The position numbers and the translations under genes are program-made. 64,000 nucleotides of DNA from Trichinella spiralis (Eukaryota): contig NW_003526943.1 in assembly GCF_000181795.1 (NCBI RefSeq), positions 2,551,666-2,615,665 on the forward strand, given 5' to 3'. Within the stretch, counting starts at the first letter, position 1; each line of letters opens with the position of its first letter. Below, piece by piece: positions 1 to 17,747 of this stretch. The notes below the pieces were generated by a model. The model worked only from the letters and a program-made list of their open reading frames with translations. It ran no database searches and was not told the DNA's origin.

Positions 1-3000
1 ACTTAGACAAGATAGCAAATTTGGAAAATTGGTGCTTTTTTAAAGAAAAACTAAATGTTTAAACTAGCTAATATTTCTAAATATTTTTTCATTTTTATCA
101 AAATATTATAAAAATTTGATAATATTATTTCAATGAAATGCTTCAACACACATTTATTTATTTATTTATTTATATGTATATAAGATATCATTTTGCAAAA
201 TATTGTTGAATAATAAACGCAATCAAAAAATATTTCTTACTAAAGCGTGCAGTAGAAAGTGAACTTGCTCAGCTGCATACTGCTCTTTGTACGTTAGTAG
301 TATAAAATATGATTAGAAATATTAAAAAAAAAGAATAGCCTACCAGTTGAGCATGCACGCTACAGTTTAAAAGCAGCAACAAATGAAATGAATTTTAAAT
401 GTTTAACAGTTAGCAGTGCATTTCTCCAATTTGGATTTGCTAAGTTTAATAAATTCAACGTAATTTTCAAATAAATATGATCGAAATGTCAATAAAATAA
501 TATCTAGCTCAGATAAATACCGCATAAACGTAAAGCAAATCAATGCCAATAGCAGTAGACGCTCTCATTTTGATGCGTCCAAACAATGCTATCAGATTAC
601 AATAGAAACTTGTGGCAGAATAAAGACTACAAATTCACTTATCATCTTCAGTTGAATTTTTTTTCAATTAGAAAATGCATTTTGATTTGAAATATTGAGA
701 AATATGAAATTAAGATAAAATAAGATAAATAAACTTATCCACAACAATTTTCAATACAGCAGATAGCTGTCAGTGCTAGTGTGCTATTCTATAAACTGTT
801 TGTTGTTAATGCTCACAGACTGTTTTGTATTTGAAAACAACTTTGAATATTAGTATCTGCTTTATCTCACTATCTACGTCAGAATATTTCTCACCCATTT
901 CGTTTATATTGTTGATGTTGATGAATTAACTGTTTGAATACAAACAATATTGCTTGCTTGAAATTTTTTTGAACAGCATTGTACTGCTTACATTAAAATA
1001 CAAACGGGAGATGGGAAAATGTCTGAGCAATAATACAGATTAGATTCTATCCAATTGCACACGTCAGCATCGACATCAGAACAAATGTATTTGGTTATAT
1101 AACATGCAAGGTGATAAACACATCTTACTATTTTTTTCAGATGACCATTTGCAAATATTAGAGAAGCTTTTCCAAGTACCTTTTGCTTCTCTCCACTTGA
1201 AGTGAAAAGCAATGAATGGAATGCTGATGCAAATGTCGTATTCTTATAGAAATCCGCATTCAAAAACGCTTTACGTCTGTAATTTTGTCATTACGTCAGT
1301 CACATGAGCCAGCTTCGACAAAGCTTCTGATGCTCGGTAGCTATGCGGCATTCTCAGCACCGTTCAAAAATAAATACAAAATGACTGTTGATTTCAATTT
1401 GAACTTTGCTAGAAAATATGAAAATTGTTTGCTCAAAAATATGTACTATAAAGAAAGATCCTACAAAATGACTGATTGTCTGCCAGCTGTGAGCTGAAAA
1501 CAACGTCCGTGAGCATAATCATTGTTGTAATTCGATTAGCAGTTTAGCAAATTCAGTTTGTCATTATCGAACAAATGTTCCCTTTATTTCTTGGTACGGA
1601 AATAAAACCATCCTCTGCTTGGCATCAATTCTTGAAAATAGGCTACTGAATGATTAACAGAAACTACATATATATATATATACATGCGCAATTAAACTGC
1701 AAAGCATAAAGCTGCACAGTTATGTTTGCAAAATAAAGCGGTCTATTCTTCAATTATTCAGTCTTTTTATTTGGTTTAAGGTTGGCTTTATTAATTTTAA
1801 CGCAATTATGTAAATTCAAATAAATGATCCATTTGATTCTTATCAAGTCTTCAGCTATATTCATTGCTGTCACAGCTTATTCATTTTTTTCAGTTGTACA
1901 ATTTTGGTGTTAGCAATAATTTTAAAAAATTTATTTCATATATGTTCAAAATTGTAAATAATTTCACTTTACTCAAAAATATTAAACTAATCTTTGTTGC
2001 ATGAAATGAAATCACCAAGTGCGGAAAAATATTATTACAGTGCACAGATGAACTAGTGGTATTCAAAAGGTTTTTTGCACTAATATGTCCGCGTATACTG
2101 CTTTTCCGTGCACAAACGTGCATTTCAAGCGCAGTGCCATTCAAAATTTCTGTGTTTCAGTGCTTACTAGAAAAAAACATGTAAATGATGAAGTGAAAAA
2201 ATAGTGTCATGCTTTAGCTCATTGCAGCAGAGTAAAATTCCACAGTTTCAGAGTTTCTTTTGTTCTACAACAAGGTCAGAATTCGTGAGAAGCAGTTCAT
2301 CGCATCTGAGCAATAGCAAAAATAAAAGCTAACAACTGCAATAATTTCGGCATGCAAAGAATTGCTTTATCACATGATTTGGATTTGAAAAAAATAAAAA
2401 TTAAAAATCAATAATGTAGCCTTTTTGGCAGTGCATAGCTGTAATTTCTTATTCACTCTTCAAGTTGTGCACTCAGCATGCTTAACGAACGTGCTGATGG
2501 TAAAAGTTATTTATAAAATCAAACTTTATCGAATTTTTGAATAAAATTGCATCAGTTTTTCAAAAAAAAGTTTTTAAACCCTCCATACATTTTCGATCTG
2601 ACCAAAGTTGAAAAGCACAAAAGCAACAAACTCACTGCAAATAATATATACAAATGAACAATTTCTACTTTGAAGTATACATATGATTCACACATAATAC
2701 ACATATCTTAATATGCGAGTACCGTTTCAGTAAAATGCAAGTCGCTGCAAAAAGAATTACAACTTTATTTCTAAAAAATACATCAATTCGTGCATCTGTT
2801 GACAATTAAATTTCAAATAAACAACAATTCAATTCAGCTACATGAACAAATATTATTTGTTTATATGCTGATTTAATTTAAAATTATTATTAAATTTTAT
2901 TAACATTAAATTCAAACACTGTTACTACCCTTGTTTAGAAAAGAAAAAAATACTTGAAATTTTCAGACTTCCATAAACAGCTGCTATATAACCTGAGATT

Positions 3001-4040
3001 AACTCAATACTGCTGCTGAAGCTAGCCAAGATTGAGATCTAAACAGAACATCCGATTATATCGAACAGCTGAATAAAAAATTTGTGAATAAATTTTTTTT
3101 CTCACTATCGTTCAATAAGACGCGGTGGAAGGAATTATTAATTAATTAACTATTAATCCATCCAAGTGCATCGGCAATAGTTATAATATAATAAAGAGAG
3201 AAGAGAGCATTGGACGATGATGAGACGGATGTCTGAGAATAGAAATGTTGCTCAGCTCCAAACGAATAACTCTGCTTATTAGAAGTGACACAACTGGTTC
3301 CACAATGCAAGCAATTGCGCATTGCATGACTTTTAATACTGCATTCTGTGAACGCGAGCAGCTGACCAAATTCCAAAACTTCAAAAATCAACATCCCTAA
3401 TTGAAACAACAACGATAACAAAAAAATGAAATTAATCGAATTTAAATTTAAAATCTGTATTTGTATTGCAATTGTCATTTTGGCAAACAATGCTTCTTTT
3501 TCCTCTTCTTTTGTACATGATGTCAGAGATTTGGATAAACAGCAAAAAACAGCGATCGACAAAATTTTCATCCAAGTCGAATTTTCTTCAAAATGCCGGT
3601 AATTTATCAAAAATTATTGAAAAAGAATAAATAATTCACAAAGAATTGAAAAACCTTTCCGCCAAAATTGTTATCTACTTCCACATCAACGTTTCCACTG
3701 CAAATCGAAATGGCACGATGAGAATCAGCTGAAGAATGTTCCATAAATAATATGTGCAAAATTTTGCACTTTAAATATAGCTTCGATTATACACATTTAT
3801 TTATTTGTTTGTTTGTTTGTTCCAAATAAGAACTGCTTTGAAAAATTTTATGTGCAAAATAATACATTTTTATCATATATTTCATTTATAAAAAATATAC
3901 ATAAGCAAACATAATCTTCCTCTTCTTCCTCTTCAAACAAATATTTGAAAAAAAAATCAAGCTGAATGAATTTTTTACAAATCAAATTTTTTAAAATGCC
4001 AAAAACAACAATTGAAGCAACAACCAGCATTGCTTTTCCG

Positions 4041-8252
<4,212 letters not shown>

Positions 8253-8582
8253 TATATACCAGTCAGTGAACGCGCTATTTAATGATTGAATATTAAAATC
8301 AAAATTAGCGAATAAAATAACAATAACTAAAAAGTACCAACATATGGGGAAATATGAAAAACCAGTGCAAAACAGAAAACGAATCCATCATCAAAGAATG
8401 CAGAATTTACTACAGAAAATGAAAGCAGCAATCAGTGAACAACATCAGACAAAAGCCCCGTCCTCCTCTGCTAAGCAATTATATCAACTTTTAAACTGCA
8501 TCGGTGCAGAATAGAATAAAAAGGAAAAAGCTTGTAAAAATGGGAAAAAAGTTTAATCAAAATTCGAATCGAGGCACCGCCT

Positions 8583-11500
8583 TCAAATGGACAAATTGCA
8601 CTTGGCCGCCAAATGTGAAAAGAAATTGCGAATTTCATCATTTGTAGCAGCAATTGGCAAAACTTTTCCTTTCGAATCAGAACACGGAACAGTTACAGAG
8701 CAAAACGGTTTTTTGCGTTCATTCTGCAAAAAATTACAATTAGCAAAAAATGAAACCAAATCAACACTTTCTTCACAACTTGCCTCAAAGAATGCAAAAG
8801 ATGAAAGATCGCCTGCAGCTTCAGCTGGATAGCCTTGCGCAACAATGCACTGCTGAATTTTAGATTTGAGCTAAAAATTACAATAAAATAAGCCCTTTTT
8901 TTGCAATTTAAAAAAAGTGGAAAAAATTCTCAATAATCACAGACTAACATGATTTTTCCAATTAATTAATGAATTCCACCGATGCAGCTGTCTGTAGTAT
9001 TTCGACCAAACAATATCAGGCGATGTTGCAGTATTTCTGATGCTAACGATCATGTTTTCTGACAAAAATTTTCGAAGTTCCTGAAAGAGAAACGATTTTT
9101 TTTACAAGTCTGAACTAGAATTAAAAATGTAAAACTAAGCAAAAAATTTGCGTCATCTACATGTACAGTACAATTATATGCAAATTTATATTGCTTTATC
9201 TCTTTTTGTTTGATCTTTCTTCAATCGTATTCAATACAGTGACGCCGGAATGTTTCAAAAAAAAACAAAGAATAGTCCAAAAGATTTTTGGAAATCATAC
9301 TTTATGAAAACGATCAACTTCACGAAGTAGCTGGTTGATTTCGTCGTGACGTTTGTGACTCAACTGATCCGACTCAATACCGCAAAATATCGAAGACCTT
9401 CCGGAGTGCTTTTTGGGAATATTCAACGGTTTCATCGATTCCATTGCACTTTGCATTCGCTTGCCAACCTCGGATGCTTGAGCCGATTTCCAATGCTGCA
9501 TCACATACTGAAAGTGTTTCATCTGATGAGAATCAACAACAACAACAAGCTAACAAAAAAGCCAACTCGCATCTCACCTGATCAATCATAAAACCACCTT
9601 CATGTTGGTCCTGCACCGATGCACTAGTAGATAGTGGAGAATCTGAAAGAAAAAATAGTAAAAAAACACTTTTCCTCAATACAGATATTATCAATTTTGG
9701 TGCTCAGGATGCTCGAAAAAAATTACACACTTGAAACTGCTGCCAACGGCTTGGTGACACCGATCAACAGTTGCTTCTTGGAAAGAACGACAATCCGTTC
9801 CTTCAAACTTGCATTCTCCTTTTCCAAACTGTCCAACTCCTGCTGCAACGAATCCATCGTCTGCTCATAATGACTAAACAGCATCAACATTAGCATTAGC
9901 ATTAGCATCAGCATGCACACACTCCACGCATGCCGTCTACAAGGCTGAAAAAGCAAGTATACCGTTCTTTATTTTTGTAATCATGTTGCACTTCGGCCAA
10001 TTTGTTCTGCAAACGGACAACACGTTCGTCGCCTTCTTTTCCTGAATCCGCCAGTCGTTTCTCGGCAATTTCCTTTCTGACGTGCATTTCAGAAATTTCT
10101 TCTGCCTGAGAAGGGAATTTTTTTTTAATTTTAATTTCACACTATTAAACAAACCTTCAATTTCAAAGCTCGCTTTATTTCCATTATATCGCGATCTTTT
10201 TTTTCAATTTCTTTCCTCAAACGTTCGCATTCGGCAATATTCTCCTTTCGAATATGAGCACGTTCGAGAATCGGTGGAAATTGTTGCTTAAAATTAGAAG
10301 AGAAAAATTATTTTTTTAATAAAAAACCATATTTATTTATTTTTGAATCTTTGAAATTCACTTTCTCCTCCGCTGACTTCTTTTTCAAATTTTCGTCAAA
10401 CGTATTGCACAATTGTTCACAATACTGGACAACATTTTTCAGGTGAAATCTTGAAAAGAAAATAATAAATTTTTTTCCTTTTAAATATTAACCATTATAG
10501 AGAGAAAGTGAGAGAGAGAGAGATATTACTCGAAAAATGATTCTGTCGATTCATTTTTCTCCGGTCGCATTATTTCCAAGTAGGAATCGTTCAAAAATTC
10601 TTCCATCATTGAAGCGTCGATTCCATGCACGTCAGGAAGCATGCTGGCTTGTGAAGCGGCCTTGGCGCAACACTGGTTCAGTATTTTCGCCACATTTTCA
10701 ACCGCATACACATTTTCACTCATCGAGTCCAAAAGCTAAATAATTTCAAAACAGCTATGCAAATGCCTTCATCGGTGAAACAAAAAACTCCAACATGAGA
10801 GGAGGTGTGGTCGACGACGAGATCGTCGCCTTTTGGAACTTTCGTCTTGGCCAATACGAGAAATTGTTCCATATCGCCAACGCTGTTCGACATCTTGTTG
10901 AACAATTCCAACAGCTTTTCACTGCCACTGGTATCCTGATAAAGAAAACAATAAAAGAAACACCTGATAAATTGAATTAATTAATTACAGCTTACGGTGA
11001 GATAAAGTTTAGCACGTTGGAGCTCGAATTGCAACCAAGAAACAACCGACAGTAAAGATAAAAGCATATCAATCAAAACTGCATTCGAATCGAACTGCTC
11101 TGCTGTGTAATTTGTTTCGCAAAATTGCTAAACATAAAAAATAAAATCAAATAAAACAATAACATTATCAACAATTATACCTTAAAAAATGCTAACAATT
11201 TTTCCATATTTCGCAAAGAACTATTTTCATCTAAATTGTTCTCTTTCAAAAGATTGAAATAATAAGATAATAATCGTTCTTGAGCTGTAATTTCAGAGCG
11301 CAATTGAGCAACTTTGTTCAAACGTTCAACGCTGCATCGACTGAGAGCACTGAAAAAAAATAGTTTAAAGTGAAAAAGATAATAACGTTTATAATGAAAC
11401 AATTCACTTTTCACATTTTCTTAGAACAGCAATTAAACAATGCAAATGATAAATGAACTTCAACGAATAACTCCACTGCTCGCCTTTGTGCGACAAGAAA

Positions 11501-14371
11501 AGATGCTCTCGTTGAACACCTTGTGGAACTCTTGGAAACTAAAGACAGCAACAAACAGAATTTATTGTATTCTCTACATATGCGTATATATTTTATGTAT
11601 TTTTGAAATCAGTGCTACTTACAATTCCATTCACATGTTTGATTAGAAGTTTGGCTTTTTCAATCATCCTCGTAAATACCAAATTTACCGAAATGCAATC
11701 ACTATCACCTGAAAGGAATAAAATGAAAAAAGCTGAAAAAAAGAAGAAACAAAAAAAAAGTACTCACCGCCAGTGTTGGTAAAATCATCCGAGAAAAAGA
11801 TACGCAAAAACTGATTTTCCCTACGACTATCGTCTAGTTCAATTTTGCACAGTTGACTGTCGACAATCTGAAAATGCAAAACCCCTCATCCCACTACGAC
11901 TCCATTGTAATATATAGCAGCAGTTTCAAAATCACAACGGATAAATTTACACACATACTTCGGACATTTGACGTGAAGTAGCCGACAGTGACCGGTCATT
12001 TGTCGAATCGTCATTTTCATTCGAAATATTTTTCTTCGGTTCAGTCAAAATTGACAACTGATCTTTGTAATTTTGAATCTGCTCCAACAAACTGGCAGTC
12101 TGTTGCCTAAATTTCGCAATGATCGACTCACGATCGGCCATCCTGGAATTTGCCAACTGCAATTGTTGTTTGAGCTGAAAAGTAGCAGCATAATTTCATA
12201 ATTCATATTTTGATCAACTGCATAGAATAGAATCACCATCAAACCTCGGTAATTTGGCCGTGCATCCGGTCGAGTTCCAAACGTAGTTCTTTCTCAGTTT
12301 CGCGAGAACTTTCTTGCAATTCTTCGTCGACAACACGCATCTGCTCGAAATCTTCAATCGTTTCCATCAATGTTCGGAGTTCTTCTTCGAGACTCAAATT
12401 TTTCGCAGTCAAATGTTCCACCATCTCTTCGGCACCAACAGCAGCATCGACCTGCAAGACGACTATGGTATTGTTCGACCATTAAAATATACCGATGATG
12501 AAATTTAATGAGATCAACCTGATCTTTGAGTTCGGTGATTTGATTTTCAAAATCTTCTTCGGCAATTTTCAAACGGTCGTATTTTTTCTGCAATTCGGCC
12601 ATATCCGCTTTCAAAACGCCCAACTCCTTGTTCAAACGTTCGTTGGTCGCTCGTTCTTGGACCGACAAGTCGCGCACTTTGACCAACGCCTCTTTCATCC
12701 GGTCGTTCTGCTGTTCGAGCTGTTTAATTTGATAGGGCGTTGGCGTTTCGGAATTCGGCGCTCCATTTGCGTTCAGTTCATTTTTCAAAATTTCCAACTC
12801 GACCTCCAACTCCCGAACCCGATCTTTCACCACATCCAACTCTTGGCAAAGCATCTCGGCCCTCTCTTCGGCCATCTCTTTGTCCAAAGTAGCCATTTCG
12901 ATCGCCTCGGACACGCCGGCCATTTCTTCCGAATATGCTTCTCTGGATTCGATCGCTTCACGGGCTTCTTTCTTCGCCTGTTGCAATTGTCTCTGCAATT
13001 CCGAATGCACCTCGACCATTCGGTTCTTATATTCGGTCAACTGAAAACACACAGAAAATGAAATTATATATATATATACAAATAAATTCCACAGTTGATC
13101 AATCAATTTCTACCTGTTGCAATTGAATTTTGCACCTCTCGTAGTCGATCAACTTTTGCTTGTCTTCGTGTCGCTTGGCGCGCAAAGTTTCCAATTTTTC
13201 AGACAAATCTTTCACTTCACTTTTCAAATATTCCAACTCAACACCTTCGGCCATGCTCAACGAGACCGACTGCTTTTCGGCCGCGTTGATTTCCTGAAAA
13301 CAACAATGATCATTTGAATAAACAAAGAAAACCAAAAATATATATATATGTATATTCACCCGTTCCAAAAGAGCAACTTGTTTACTGACACTCAACCGTT
13401 GTTTTCCCTCTTCATTCATCGTGTGATGATGGTGGTCATCATTCAAATTTGCCACCTCTGTTCGTTTCGAATCAACCAATTCAGCCGATATTGCAGTTCC
13501 ACTACAACTGAGATCCTTTTCATCTTCCGTGGTCCGACTCACTTCCACATCTTCAACTTCCTGCTTGCGATCATCCAACGCCACCACATCCGACTGACAC
13601 ATGCGTTGCGTGTCGGATCCCGAACCCTCAGTCGGTGCCACTTTTTCCAACGACGCGCTCTGTTTGACAAATGGACGAGGTTTCTGAAACACAAGCACAA
13701 AATCAATTCAATATTTGGCATTTTATGCCGTATTCGTACAAAAACAAGCTGAGGCTCTCTGGCGGATGTCTGCTTCGACCCGGACGACGGTGTTGGACGG
13801 GCAATTTCTGAAACTTTCATTTCACTTATTGAAATATACACATCCACATGCAAATATATCTAGTGAAAATATATTTCATCAAAACAAAACATCTCAACCG
13901 AATAAACTAATCGAAAATATTTGGGAAATCTCTTCAACTACATCACATGGCATACCCTTTTTTACAAATTTTGGATCACCTTTCGGCCTAGGTAAACCGG
14001 ATGTCGTCGACGGATTTAATGTTTTAGAATTTTCCGCACCGACAGGTTCATTTTCAATCAATTTCACCTGAATTTCAAAAATTCCAATAATTTTTACAAA
14101 TGAAAAAAAATATAATTAATTCGAAATTCACTTGTGCCGGACGAACAAAAATTCCATGATTGGCTTCGCATCGAAAATATTCCTTGCCTTGAACCAGGCC
14201 GTTGTTTTTGCCTTTCGGTTCATCCAATATCACACCGATCCATTTTCCTGGTGAAAACTGCGTCGTTCCCACGTAGGCAACGATTCCAAGAAGACGCTTG
14301 TCACTTAAACAAACTCGATCTCCAACGCGCAGATTACTATTGCTGTTGTCCAAAAGTTGCGATGATGACAT
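8583..14371 (-). CDS. DCTN1: Dynactin subunit 1 / p150Glued (multi-exon)
   Basis: N-terminal CAP-Gly ([25 protein letters not shown]), then CC1 ([50 protein letters not shown]), then [18 protein letters not shown]. The last exon ends ...AKCNLSI* at 8583; the 3' exons are less certain. Confidence 0.93.
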
Positions 14372-15903
14372 TTAAACTAAATAAATATATTTTATTCAAT
14401 TTTACAACTAACAAAAAATGCAACCATTTTCATTATATTTCATTCACATTTTCACATCATCGTTGAAATATTTTTGTAGCTTTTATTTACAAAAAAATAA
14501 AACTAATAACCCACTATGCACTATATACACTTATATCAAAAACGAATATAAAAACGATTGAAAATGTCACGTCTTTCCAGTTAAAGCATACTTGAATTCG
14601 GCATTTTATCCTGTTTACAATATTATAACAATTTTAACTTTCACCGTAACTTTCATGATAAACACCTATGCATATCTATTAGTAATTATTAACGAAGTGC
14701 ATAACAAATGAAATTAATTTCACTCAAGAAATTCAAACGCCACTTTATCAATGAAAATTGTGCTGCAACATGTGCTTAAATGTCTTTCACAACGCATAAC
14801 TACACTGAAAATTAAATATTCCACTAAATATATTATACAAATAAATATACTTGACAATATTGATTCACAAGTCAATACACATAATACGAAACATTTTTAT
14901 AGCAAAACCGCAAATAAAAGTAATATTCATTTGCAATCATTTTACTGACAAGAAACTGGCAACAACTTTACACAAAAACTTTAAACTACAATACAAACTT
15001 TAACCGTTTTTATAATTCACAAACGTAGTTTCAAAATGTTTTCAAAATTAGTTGAAAAATAATTTACTAAAACATAACTTCAAACTAGCGTTACAGTTGT
15101 AAAAGAAAATGATAATGTATGATACTTTCAAATGTTCGGTAGAAAACAAAAATACTACTCCAAGAATACAATACAATACAATAAAAATACGAGCAATGAT
15201 TATGATGAAATGAAAAACAGATGTTTGCTCAATAATGAACACATAGAATTGAAAATAAATCATGTATCACAATCAATAAAATTAGCTAAAATATGCTATT
15301 TTCAAAATACACGTAATAAGTTGTTTTGTTCGCCTTCTCAATAAAATCTAAACTACAATACGTAAACTTATTTGTAAATTCTCAAGTCAGTTCAAACTCA
15401 ATTAATACTTACCGTATACAAAAAATGTTCTAAATTTGAAAGTTTAATTGTCAGAACAATATAAAAATTTCAAAACATGATGAGCAAAACGAATAAGCTA
15501 CAGTATGACATTTTTAAATGCAAGATTTATTTTAAATCTTCGTGCATTAAATAATGAGAAACTGCAGAAAAAAATATTGAAACCGATGTCATTTTTATTA
15601 AGTCAAAATGCATTTCTTAAAAAAACAAATTTGCAAATAACAAGAATTTCAAATCAAAATGCTATAATGCTCTTTCCACTTTCTGCATTTAAACCACTGT
15701 TGCACTTTTATAAAATGAATTTTGCAGAACTATGCATAAAAATATTACATCTTTTTTATGATCAATTTTCCATTTCTTAATCTATTCTTCTTTAAAACAC
15801 ACAAAATTGGTATCATTATGCTCATGATCATGAAAGAAACTGTTCAGCGTTTTGTAATATCTTTTGTTATTTTGAAACAATGAAAAAAGTAAACAAGAAA
15901 AAG

Positions 15904-16397
15904 TCAAAAGTCATTTAAATCATCGTCTATCAATTTGAACCAATAGCCGCAAGCGCACTGTTTGTCCACACCTTTCTCAAGGCACATATATTTTGCTTCT
16001 GTTTGATTAGCATCGCCTGGAAATTTTTTGAATTTTTAAAAACGTAATTATCATGCATTTCTGAACCATACATAAACATCCAATATACCGCTTTTGACAA
16101 GATGATAAAATAATATTTGGCTCCTCCCGTGTACCTTTTCCTTGTTTATATATTTTCGGTTCGTACCTCTAAAATAAAATTTCATTTTTAAAATGTAGAA
16201 ATAACAGAATAATTTTCTACTACATCATCGCCCAATATACGGGCCAGAAGGCGACGTTTTTGGATCGCTGTATTTACATCTTCGTCTTGAAAAATGCTTC
16301 CTATTCCTAAAGTTTGAGTTTACGTTAAGATGAAATTGATAAAACGCAAAACTTACTGTAAACCTGTGCTACATTATACACTGAACTACACGGAACT
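15904..16397 (-). CDS. COX5B: Cytochrome c oxidase subunit 5B-like protein (divergent; start codon not located)
   Basis: Exons read ...AIQKRRLLARILGDD / RYEPKIYKQGKGTREEPNIILSSCQKRYIGCLC / DANQTEAKYMCLEKGVDKQCACGYWFKLIDDDLNDF*. This matches the nematode COX5B pattern (LLARLxGDDRYEP, GCxC, CxCGxWFK zinc ligands). It is absent from the ORF track because the exons are short. Confidence 0.8.
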
Positions 16398-17747
16398 TAT
16401 ATAAAATATTAAAGAGCATATTCTTCCTAATTCCATACATTACCAATATTATAATTTTGACGCGTGTTCAAAATAAAAACAAAACCATCTTTACAATTGT
16501 TCACGCTTCAATTTGAAAAATATTTTTTAAAATATCTGACAACAAGGCATTTAGTATTAGAAAGTTAAATTTTCAAGTAAAAATTTCCTTTATATTAATT
16601 ATTTCTCAGGTTATTACATTTATGTTTACCTGAATTAAATCTTTTCGAAAAGTAAGCACTTCTTAATTTGTGATTTTTTAAAATGAAGTGTAGCATGCTA
16701 TATTTTCGTTATTTGAAATAAGAATGTCAAAATTGCACATTTACAGAATCAAAAAGAAATCAAGTAACAATAACATAAACGATTGTTTTATTGATAAAAT
16801 AGTTTGAAAAACAACGAACTGTATGATGTAAGTTTGGAATTTTAAATTAATTTTTAGTTACTTTTAAAGTATGAAATCTGTGTAATTAATTGCTTTTTAG
16901 CACGTTATCTCTGAGTGGCCGTATGTATTGCGTCCGGATAGGTCAGATTTCGATTTTATGATAGCATCAATAATATTTTTCATTTTATTCAGTCAGAATT
17001 GGGATTTTAGTCATAAAAAGTCAGTCATTCATATCAATATCAATTAATGTTAAAAGCATCATGAAATGATATCAATATGATCCGACGATTTTCCCTTTTA
17101 TAACCGCTGAAAATCAATCAAATCGCAGTGACATTTTCATAATGAACATGACAACGAGAAAATGAAAAACAGTGGATATGTACAATTAGTTTTGATAAGC
17201 AATCATCAAATAAAATATAAAAGCGGTATGTTAATTTGCTTCGAAATGCAATGTCAAAACTTAGTTGCACTTTTTTTATGTATTCAATGAAATGTCAACA
17301 ATAATAAAATTCTCATTATTAGTGCTTTTCAAATAATCATAACTTTAATTGTTCACATTCAGTTTCACATTTGTTGCATAAAAATATTGTTTTCCATGTT
17401 TTTATAACTATCAAAGCTTTATAACATAATAAAAAATAGTAATTTGTATTTTGTCGTTAAAATTGTAGTTTCTAGATTGAAAAAGAATAATAAATCCCCT
17501 AAGTAGAAGCATCAGTAAAATGCAGTGAATAAAATTACCTTATTTGAAAACACCTCATTATAACGGAATGATAGTCTATATTACATTAATAATAACATTA
17601 ACCAATTCTTCAAGCATAAGTTTATTAATTGTTATTATTAAAAGACTGATAAAAATAATAAATTATTTTAAAATCCCACTGTTTGTAATTAATCATCAAA
17701 GCAGTGCTTTCAAAATGTTTAATTTCTAATCAGTATTCAGTATTACT

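Noticed and set aside
1..3744. Exon-like minus-strand segments (e.g. MEHSSADSH.. at 3744, ORFs 3146-3610 and 988-1263) that could be a third gene downstream of DDX41
   Set aside because: Several candidate exons have stops in all three frames and I recognise no family, so I could not build a consistent model. It may be a decayed gene but cannot be supported from sequence alone.
12314..14466. Plus-strand ORFs opposite DCTN1
   Set aside because: Antisense shadows of coiled-coil coding exons.
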